A stretch of 64,000 nt of DNA from NCBI GenBank assembly GCA_973895155.1, contig OZ316896.1, forward strand, positions 13,635,469 through 13,699,468, written 5' to 3'. Every line of letters starts with the position of its first letter. Within the stretch, counting starts at the first letter, position 1. Positions 1 through 10,249 of the stretch are shown here, piece by piece. The notes beneath the pieces are model-generated. The model was given only the letters and a program-made list of their open reading frames with translations. It made no database searches and was not told the DNA's origin. Both the position numbers and the translations under genes were made by a program. The stretch comes from Marsupella aquatica (taxonomy: Eukaryota > Plantae > Marchantiophyta).

Positions 1-2770
1 CTCAGGATGCTTAAAATTATTCACCACAACCTGTAGCGATCTCTTAAGTCTCTCCGGCCTAGAGCAAACCCGAACTGCTCCCATCCACAAGGAGCAAAAT
101 TATCTCCCAAAATAACCCTGCAACAGCACATTCCCTTATTTCTCAGAAATTGATGTGGCGTTGAATTAAATCCTACCAGCTTCAAGTCAACATGGTTGAG
201 TGAAGGAGATCATAAAGGCTGAGCCAACACCTCATGCCCATTCTCTGGTACAGAGAAGACAAGATTTTCCTTCAATGTATTCCAGAATTTACAGATGTTT
301 GACCAAATATCAGAACCTTCAGTTGGTAATGAATGATATCTATTAAAGACCCAAGCATAGTCTTCTGAACCCCCTTTGTGCGAGGATAGCTTGCGAATTC
401 TAGTCCTCAATAGCACTTGAAGTGGATGATTACCATTCATCATAGCAAACTGTATAAATCTAGCAGCCAGCGCCATTACCTGATCTTCATAAAGGAAATC
501 ATACCAATCCCCCCTTCCTTTTTAGGCAACACCAAAATTTGGAAATTGATTTTGTGCCTTGCCGAAACCTCTTGGCCTGCCCATAAAAATTCAATAAGAA
601 TCATCTTAATCTCATGTAAATCAGAAGCGGAACCACTCCATGATAGAGTAAGGATGTACCATAGTGAACCCATTAGAAAGAAAAGAAGTGAGGACCCCAA
701 GGGGAGAAATAGGACAACCCTGTCTTACAGAGTGAGTCACTGTGAATGCTGGAGTAACTCTGCCATTTAGCATGATAGTAGAGGAAGCATTAGTAGTTAT
801 TGCTCCAAAAAATTTGATGAAGGATGCTCAGAACCCCAGTTTATCCAGCATGCGCTCAATAAAAATCCACTCCACACTATCAAATGGTTTAATCACATCG
901 AGTTTTAAGCACACATACGGATCTTCCTCTAGCATCGCCTGAGTAACCAATTCATTGGTTAGCAGCACCGTATGATGAATCGATCTCCCTGGGAGATAAG
1001 CATATTGTTGATCAGAGATAATTCTCATCAAGATCTTCAATAATCTCAATTGATAGGTTTTCGTACCAACCTTATAACTAACAGTGAGGAGAGAATAGGG
1101 CGTTTATTCTCGATTTTTAACTCTCCCCTTTCTTGGGAAGTAAGACAATGATTCCCTTAAGAAAACTATGACTGAATCTTTCGGTCTCGATCGATGCCAT
1201 AGTTGAGAGCCGCCAACAAAAGTGGACCAGCTTCCATCCAAAAAGCAATAAAGAACTCCGTTGGCACTCCATAATGCCCCGGAGCTTTGTTTTTCCCTAG
1301 AGCTTTCGTTGCTTCCAAAATTTCCAGAAGTGTAAGTGGGGCATTTAGAGCCAATTGTTCTTCCTCCGATATGCCACATTTCACATTTTTCAATACCAGA
1401 TCCAATTCAGCTTCCCAAGGTTGCAATTTAGAAGAGAGCAACAAAGAAAAAATTCGATAGCAATCTTGGACATATCTTCCTAATCATGTTGGACAACCTG
1501 ATCCTCATCATATAATCCCTTAACTTCCGATTCCACCGAGTTAGCCTTAAAAGAGTTGAACTGTATTTTAGAACACCTATCTCCCATCTGAATCCACTTC
1601 ACACGACGGGCTTCTTGTAACCACTTTAATTTTCCCTCTTCAAACACCTTGAGCAGTGTAGTACAGTTTGCTAGCTTAGATTGCAAAACCAGATTTTGTA
1701 GTGATCCTTCTACCTCCGATTGAGCAAACGACAGATTCTGTTTCAATTCTTCTAATTGCCATCCTTTAGCCATCGCCATACGCTTACCCCAAGCACGATC
1801 CAGATTAGTAGCTTTTGTGAGGCAACATTCCAACTCTTTATCTGGTGGGACTTTTTTCCGTAACGATCTGTGAGCTTCAGCTGTAAACAACTCAACCATG
1901 CTTTGTCAATAACTGACATCCGTAAAATGAGCCGTGTTCATCTTGAACCTGGAAGGAAAAATACAGCGACCTCTAGCCGTGCAAACAATACTAAGCGGAT
2001 GATGATCCAACATATTTTGAGCAGAAAAAATTTAAGACACCGGAGTGAACTTCATTAGCTGAGAATAAACCGGGGTGTAACACCTATCCAGCCTATGTAG
2101 AATCCTTTCCGAAAGCTGACTTCTCCCCAGCATCTGTTATTACACCGTGAAAATCTCAATTTACCAGGGAGATGAGTACTAAATGTATCTGCCCATTTCA
2201 TCTTACGCTTCAGATGATCCCACGTTTTCTTTTCCCTTCCAGAATTCACATGTGGATTGCCACCTATCTGATCCTCTAAGTGTTCAACCATATTAAAATC
2301 TCCCACCAATAACCAAACCAAACAATTTGGAATGTAATGAAAGATTTCTCCCCAAAGAGTGGTACCCATCTCTTTCTCCCTCCGAACCAGTTGGAGCATA
2401 GATATTTAAAATACCAAATTCTCCTAGTTTGGGGTGATTGAATAAACATGAAATACGTCTCCCACTTGGTAGAAAGCCAACAGATACCAGGGAGGGCTTT
2501 AATCTTGGCCCCACAGCCGTAAACAAACCTCTTTTGCCTGAATTTGCTTCTGGATCTCTAAGAGCCACAGCACCATCACTTGCTGGACTACTGTAAAAAT
2601 CCACTTCATTCCATAACTGGTAAGATAACATATGCAGCCTCCCGCTTCTGAGATGATGCTCTTGCCCACAAAAGACATCCATCCGGGGTAAGGTCATTTT
2701 AATGAACTGACAAACCTTAGATATCCTGTCTGCCTCACATAAGCCTTGCACATTGTGGGACTTTTCATCC
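1..2770 (-). mobile_element. Degenerate L1-type LINE retrotransposon ORF2 (APE endonuclease + reverse transcriptase), frameshifted and internally deleted
   Basis: Minus-strand ORF pieces occur in LINE ORF2 order. Endonuclease motifs: VQGL...DVFCGQEH, NIYAP, LVGDFNM. Linker: W..MGDRCSK..F. RT motifs: KAPG.YG.PTEFF, QQYAYLPGRSI, KLDVIKPFDSVEW. Post-RT motif: LPKKEGGIG. Many stops and frameshifts; the RT core after DSVEW appears to be missing. Confidence 0.9.
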
Positions 2771-3269
2771 CCTCATATGGTAGGACGACAGGAGGGCAAG
2801 AGGGTCTCGGCAAGGCAGTTCTTGGTGCTCGGCTGTGTGCTTTGGTCCGTTGGGTCTGTTTTTTTATGTGTACGCTCCATTGGTCTTTGCCTCCGCACTC
2901 GTCAGAATACATAGTGTGCCTTCTATTTACAATGATTTAAAAAAATATAATATTAAAACGAGGGTCTAGGCAAGGAAAGCTGGAGAAGGTGTGCTGGTGT
3001 GTATTGTACTTTGCATTCATGGACCACTTTGGTGTCAATTACCTATGACGTGTATTCCCCACTCCTCGTGGCTTGTTTTGCAGCCAAGCCAAAATCACAA
3101 TCATCTGCTCTCCCCCTGCCTCCTTCCTTGCTCTGCCACCCCCCCCCCCCCCCCCCCCATCTAGAATACTTTTCTTCCTTTCTCTGGTAGCCCACAAAAA
3201 AAAAAGCTGCCCGCCAGCCGTTCAAGGAAAAAAAAAAGGAAAAAATGGCTGCCCGCCCGCCACTCTGCA

Positions 3270-3760
3270 TTATTTCGATTTCTGTTCGTTCCTGCCCTGC
3301 CCTCTTCCTTGGCCTGCCTTTGATTTCCTTTCCTTTTCTGCCCTGCCCCGCCGAGTCTTGTATTCGATTTTCTTTCCAGTGCCCGCGCTGCGCTCTGCCC
3401 AGCCTGGTATTTGACTCTCTTTCCTCACTGCCCGCGCTACCCTCTGCCCTCTCTGCCAAGTCTGATATTTGACTTTCTTGTTGTACTGCCCGAGCTGCCC
3501 TGTGCCATCTACCTCTACCCAGCCTTGTATTTTGATTTACTTCTCTCCGTGCCAGCGCTGCCCTCTGCCCTATGGTGTATTTGACTTCCTTTTCTCCGTG
3601 CCCGCGCTGCCCTCTCCCCAGCCTTGTATTTGATTTTCTTCTCTCCGTGCCCGGGCTGCCCTCTGCCCTCTGCCCTTTCTTGTATTTGACTTCCTTTTCT
3701 CCGTGCCCGGCCTGCCCTTCCCTGCCCTTCCCTGTGCCCTGCCATGCATTTGATTTCCAT
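3270..3760 (+). repeat. Pyrimidine-rich degenerate tandem array (~60-70 bp units, CTGCCC-rich) upstream of the SEC23 leader
   Basis: The unit ...ccttgtatttgatt..cttctctccgtgcccgcgctgccctctgccc... recurs about 7 times. Confidence 0.85.
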
Positions 3761-4721
3761 TTCGTGCCTTTAGTGCCTTTCGAGCCTTTTGCTTCCCTTC
3801 GCTCCTGTGCTCTCTGCTAGAGATCGAGTTTTTCCAACAGCAACGACGACGACGAGAGCTTCATCATCCATGCCACCCCATCCCACCCTCTACATTCTTC
3901 CCACGGGTTTGCAGCGACCGATCGGTCGATTCGTGCAGGTACGCTCAGCTGAGCCAGGACCACGAATTTGGAGAAACGGAGGACTAGAGGAGGGGCAGAG
4001 GAAGCCGCTCCGTAGAAGAATTGAGCGATTGTCGCCCCACTTTCCAGATTCGCGCTGAAAGAATCGCCTGTTACGACCGCTCGGACAAGACTTGCATTAT
4101 TGGGCGATGATGGAGTGATCAATCAGTCGGTTGCCATTTGTAATCAGAGAGACAACAATCGGTGGGAAGCTCTGTGTGAGTCACGTTGATTCATTCATTC
4201 AGGGTGATTGGTCGATAGTAATTGGGCGTGCGGACGGCGGAGTGATTTGGTTTATTGGGTGTTTTCTTGCATCGATCCCGACTGACGCGTCAGAATATGG
4301 AGTCGGTGTTGCTCGACACGCCGTCCGACTTTGCATTTGTCGTCACGATGACGGTCGAGCTCAGTGTGGGGGCCCTTCAGTGAGTGATGAGTGACCTGTG
4401 CACAGCCAGAGTGAGTGGTCTGTGCTGTGCTGTGTTGTGTTGTGTTGTGTTGTACACCCCTGGCCTCGTTTCACGCTTTTGCTTCTAGGACGAGGAGAAT
4501 TCGAAGGGAGAGGAGACGTTCGACATGTTTGTGAGTAAGTGGAGGTTCAAGTTGGGAATAATTTCTTGTCTGCAATTCTGATCGCCGGTCGGCAATCAGT
4601 CTGCTAGAGTGCAGGGAAGAGTAAACAATAGCAAAGCAGAGTTGGGTATCGACCCATTTGTAGTGGATACACGCATATCGACGCAATTGAACGGGATTTG
4701 TTGATTTCAACGAGATAGAGG

Positions 4722-7462
4722 ATGGATTTTAACGAGATAGAGGCAACGGAGGGCTTGAGATTGGCATGGAATGCATGGCCGAGCTCACGAATCGAGGCCA
4801 CTCGCCTGGTGGTTCCTTTCGGTGTGATGTGCACTCCTTTGACGGAGGTTGAGGGCCTGCAACGCCTCCCTTACGATCCATTGTTCTGTAAGGGTTGTCG
4901 AGCGGTGCTGAATCCTTACTGCCGAGTGGATTACCAGGCCAAAATCTGGGTCTGCCCCTTCTGCTACCAGCGAAACCACTTTCCCCAGGCTTATCATCAA
5001 ATCAGCGATCGCAATATGCCAGCAGAGCTTTTTCCTGAATGCAGCAGCGTGGAGTACTTGATCTCGCAGCCAGTGAGTGGAGGAGTGCCCAATTTTAATG
5101 CAGGGAGTGGTCTTTATGGACAAGGGCAGGGGCAGGGGCAAGCTGGAGGAGCAGGAGGAGGGCCCGGATTCTTGTTTGTGTTGGATACTTGCATGGGAGC
5201 AGAGGATTTGCAGGCTCTGAAGACAGCTATCACCCAAATTCTGGGCATTATGCCGGAGACTGCTCTCGTGGGTCTAATTTCGTTTGGGACTATGGTGCAC
5301 GTGCACGAACTAGGTTACACCGATTGTCCGAAAGCTTACGTTTTTAGGGGTGACAAGGACATTTCCAGTCAACAGGTGTGTGGGTTTCAGCGATTTCCCG
5401 ACCAGCAAGTACTCTATGTCAATATGTATTGTAGAGCTGCTGAATCATAAATCACAAAGAAGAAAAAGATTTGTGTGTGCTAACAACGATAGTACTGCCG
5501 TTGAATCCTCTGAATTCTGACGAATCTTACCTACCCTTTGCCACTTACGATGTTAGGGTTTCAGTTGAATTTTGATCGTTCTTAATCACAACCCTTTTTG
5601 GATAACTTTCGTTCAGTTAGGGATGAAGATTGTCCGGTCGACGTAATAGGTGATTTCTTTTTCTGCTGTGAGGTGGAAAAATCGCTTCAAGCGTACCGGT
5701 TTCGTGGTGTCCAAATTCCAGGGTTTTTCACAATTGCTCAGCTACATTCTTTTTAATGTTTGTCGTTGGATGTTCTCTTGTGGTTCAGGTGCAAGAACAG
5801 CTAGGTATTTCCTCCAAGGTGAGTAGGAAAGCTGGACAGATAGGAGGTGGAGGAAGTGGTCGTGGACGCTTTATGTTGCCACTATCAGAATGTGAATTCA
5901 CCCTAGCAAATGCCTTAGAAGAACTGCAACCAAGCTCCAATCCCGTGCAGGCAGGCCACCGGCCACAGCGGGCCACTGGAGCTGCTCTTGCAGTTGCTGT
6001 AGGGCTTTTGGAGGGTATTATGCCCAACGAGGGTGCACGAATTATGACATTTGTTTCTGGTCCCACAACAGTAGGCCCTGGACAAATTGTGGAGACTGAC
6101 CAAGGGAAGAGCATTCGAACACACCATGACTTGGTAGCTGACCGAGTGCCCTTTCACAAGAAGGCAAGCAAGTTCTACGATCAAATAGCACAGCGTCTTG
6201 TGGACAATAACCATGTTCTGGATTTATTTGCCTGCTCTTTAGATCAGGTAGGGACATATGAATCAAAAGTGGCTGTGGAGTCGACAGGAGGACTGATGGT
6301 TCTGGCTGAAACATTTGACTCGGATCAGTTCAAGAAGTCGCTACAAAGACTTTTCGAGCGGGATGAGGAGGGCCACTTAAAGATGTGTTTTAGTGCCTCT
6401 TTGGAGGTGATAACTACTCGCGAGATTAAAGTATGTGGAGCCATTGGACCCTGTTCTTCGCTAGACAAGAAGACGCCTGCTGTGAGTGACAGTGAGCTTG
6501 GTATGGGCGGAACAAGCGCTTGGAAATTTTGTACCTTGAACAAGAAAACAGCCGTTGCGATATTCTTTGAAATCGTAAATCAGCACTCAAATCCTATACC
6601 AAGTGGAACCTATTTCTTCATTCAGTTTGTCACTCAATATCAACATGGCAGTGGGCAATGGCGACTTAGGGTGACTACCACCGCTCGCCGATGGGTGGAT
6701 GCAGCACAGGTCCAGGAACTGGCAGCCGGGTTTGATCAGGAGGCAGCAGCAGCACTGATGGCTCGTCTTGCCGTGTACAAAACCAAAAGTGAGGAAGTGT
6801 TTGATATTCTGAGATGGCTTGATCGAATGCTGATCCGGGTTGCAGCCAAGTTTGGAGATTATCAAAAGGACGATCCTTCCTCATTCCGGCTTTCTTCTAA
6901 CTTCTCCTTGTATCCACAGTTCATGTTTCACTTGCGCAGATCTCAATTCCTCCAAGTGTTCAACAATACACCTGATGAGACAGCTTACTTCAGATTAATG
7001 CTGAACCGGGAAGGTGTCGTTGGGTCCGTGATCATGATCCAACCCACTCTGCTGTCCTATTCGTTTGATGGGCCGTCTTCCCCAGTCCTTTTAGATGTGA
7101 GCTCAATAGCACCCGATCGCATTTTGCTCTTTGATTCCTATTTCTTCATTGTTGTGCACTGCGGGTCAACCATTGCACAGTGGAGGAAGTTGGGTTATCA
7201 GAATGACCCAAATCACGAGAATTTCAGGAAGCTCTTAGAGGCACCTGTAGGAGACGCCCATGCCCTCTTGGACGAGAGAATACCATTGCCAAGGCTAATT
7301 GAATGTGATCAGCATGGCAGTCAGGCTAGATTCCTGTTGGCCAAACTAAACCCTTCCGTTACGCATAACAGTAACCAAAGCAGTGGCGAGGTTATTTTCA
7401 CAGATGATGTAAGCTTGCAGGTTTTTATCGACCATCTGCAGAAACTAGCTGTGCAGGCATGA
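4722..7462 (+). CDS. SEC23: COPII coat protein SEC23 (exons 4722-5375, 5789-7462; ~775 aa)
   Basis: Starts [20 protein letters not shown]. Zinc finger [12 protein letters not shown]...WVCPFC; trunk domain FLFVLDTC...LISFG; RWLDRMLIR; [15 protein letters not shown]; ends [21 protein letters not shown]. One phase-0 GT-AG intron (CAG|gtgtgt 5376 ... ttcag 5788) joins the two ORFs in frame. It resembles the intron-poor plant SEC23 subgroup. Confidence 0.97.
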
Positions 7463-9692
7463 TGTGCCTTCGCATTCCGTGAGTTTCCGGGTTCCCCACC
7501 CTGAGTTCTGAAATGGCCGTCCTATTTTACTCTGCACCTGTCAATTTTAAGGGAGATTAGTTTGTATACAAGGATCCCGGGTGTTTACCACCTCCCAAAA
7601 CATGTTTCAGACTAGCTAGACTTCATAGTTCGCACAGGTTTGTGATACCTCATGTACATACTTATTTATGAGTCTGAAGGGGACACACTTCACTATACTG
7701 TAACTGGATAGCATTGAAGCTTATCTTGTTGAGAGAACATAAAATGTTCGACTTATTGCGATCACATATACCTTTGCAGAACGTTTGGAGAAAAGACGAA
7801 GATTAATCTTGGCACTATTGATGGTTTTTCTGCAGCTTTAGTGAAATGTTTGGCATCGGCAGGTCTTTGTGAGTTTCTTAGATTCGTTCCCATAAGTTAT
7901 TTGCAATGTGATTCCATTTCTCGACTTACAGTGGACAAGCTGGTTTCAGCTCCTCTTGACACCCGAGCAAGTTGGAACCACCCCTTATGGCCATGCAAAA
8001 TGATTCCATGCTGGTCAGTGAGGTTGTGGTCCTGAAAGTCTTTCAGCTAATGATATACTTCTCAGTGACGACGCTTCTTCGAGATTGCTTTGATCTAGGA
8101 TGCTTTGGGACGAGAATATAGGTATTGAGAACATTTGAGGTTGTATGATTCCTGTGTACGAGGAACGAGGAATAGTCGAGCACGTTCCATGTTAAATGTA
8201 TCATGATGTTTACAATTTGCCCAGAGGATATATCGTTGGAGGGTTGTAGGTTTTGCTCTGGAAGCCACAACATTCTTTTCTCAACAAACGTGTCCCAAGT
8301 TGAAAGCTGTTTCTCATTTATTACTAACGAAAGGTACCTTAGAAGTACGAAACTGTTTCTGCTGAGCAGACACCTAATTCCACGTGTAGGTTCTGAATTG
8401 AGGCTTTTCAGTGATAAGTCCCTTGTTCGTCTGAAATCTATCCGTCCCTTGTTTCGAATTATCTTTTGTTATTGTCAAACTCAGCTCTTTATCCATGTAA
8501 ATAAAAAATGGATAAAAGTCAGTCTGATGGGGCTGAATCTGCAGCAAATCATTTAATTAACAATGTTGGAAGTCAAGTTGAAGAGCCTGGTATTCAAATC
8601 TCCGACGGCCCTGCCTTGTTTATGGGAGTTAGGACTTCCGAGCTGCTCGTTGCATGTAAATCCTGTGCCTGTCAGCCATCGCCCTCCCTTTATGCGGGTT
8701 CAACGCCTGTGATTCCGTGGATTTGGGATTGTTAAGGATCAGGCTTTTTTGGAGTGGGTAAGAATTTGGAGAGACGAATACCGACCTTCTTAGCCATTGA
8801 TGTTAGAGAAGGCAGCACATTTTGGAGATCCCCAGGGGCGTCCCTGAATTTATTGGACCGCGAGGACTCATGCTAAGCTTCTCTTGGTATTTGTGTGACA
8901 TGTTGCCGATTTGAGAAGGGTGTTGGGGACTTCAGTCCGAGTTGTCTCTGGAATTTCTACCCTGAGCCCTGAACTTCAGCTTCATGTTCTCCCTGTCACT
9001 CTCGGAGGGAGTCGGAGCCTCTTCTCGCACGAGACTCGTCAAAGCCTGGAGTCCTGGACTGGATAAACAGGTTGAAATCTGCATCTCTATCCCCATCAAC
9101 AAAAAGTCTTCCAATGAATGCCCTCTCCTTAACCTCAGACCTCTCTGTACGAGCCGTACCTCTTGGATTGTTCGCAGTATGTTGTTGAACGGACATACAG
9201 CTCCCTTGCCTCCTTGACTCACAAATGTGGCCACACTAAATACCTTTGACTATAGTTTGCAGTACATACAGTACACTGCCCAAGCCAAAAATAACAACAG
9301 AATATGCGGCAGTGCACTCATTTCAGATACTCAAAAATGATGACATCTTGCCTACAATCATGATAACATAGTTAGACTTCAAGTCAAAATAATACCCTGT
9401 TCGCGTCTCGACGAGTAAGGAACAGTTTTGGACAAAATCTGAGATGCACCAGGACGGCTTGTTTCATAAGAACGATTAATCGATTGTTTGGTCAGCAAGG
9501 TTATCCAATGTTATTACTCGCAATTCTCCTCCACAGATGGGGCTCAAGACATGCCCTTCATCCCGATGGAAGAGTTCTGTTAAATGCTCTCTCATCCAAC
9601 AACATAAAAACGAGGCACACCCACGACCATATAAAATTGAAGTCAATCTCTTCGAGACTAGATTGGATAGCAAATAGGTTATCACGATGCAA

Positions 9693-10180
9693 CTAATACC
9701 GACTGTCATCTCCAATCAGGACCCCAACACATGGCTTTACCAAAGGGCATTTAACTGTTACAATTTTACCTGCAGAGAACAAGCCGGATCATTGATTGCT
9801 ACACTAACGGAAATAGCAGACAGACAGCCATCGACGCGCCCCCCTCCCCAGTAAGGTCAGATCAAGCTATAAAGATTTAAAGGTGGGAAACTTTGTCGCC
9901 TGTTGTGGAAGCTTCGACTGAGAGGAAGACGCAAAATCATTCTGTATGTGGAGTACGGATGATGAGTACTGTGGAGCAAATCACGGAGACTGCGTAGAGC
10001 CAAAAGGAGGTATGCGCAGAGGAGTTCCTTACCATACGTTGCGAATATAGAAGTGAAGGCTGTTGATATTCGTGTGTTGCATGAGAAAGACATACTGGCA
10101 AAGTCCCGCACTTGGGAATTAAACCCCTGCCTCAATCTTCCAGCCAAAATAAATTTTAGGGTTTGGGTCATGGTTGTCAT
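9693..10180 (-). CDS. Candidate two-exon small protein (74 aa, exons 10180-10033 and 9769-9693), possibly mitochondrial
   Basis: A strong donor (TATG|gtaagg) and acceptor (ttctctgcag|GT) give the in-frame product MTTMTQTLKFILAGRLRQGFNSQVRDFASMSFSCNTRISTAFTSIFATY-GKIVTVKCPLVKPCVGVLIGDDSRY*. The N-terminus is rich in R/S/T/F/L and poor in acidic residues. I recognise no family. Confidence 0.4.
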
Positions 10181-10249
10181 TCTCCAGCTTCTGCTGCAGC
10201 GTTACAACTGTCACAGAGAGGGAGAGAGGGAGGAAAGAAGGGAGAGGGA

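Noticed and set aside
4785-6884. Antisense ORFs over SEC23
   Set aside because: Shadow frames of a conserved coding sequence.
9701-9715. 15-nt identity gactgtcatctccaa with ~39263
   Set aside because: A few such matches are expected by chance in 64 kb, and the flanks do not align.
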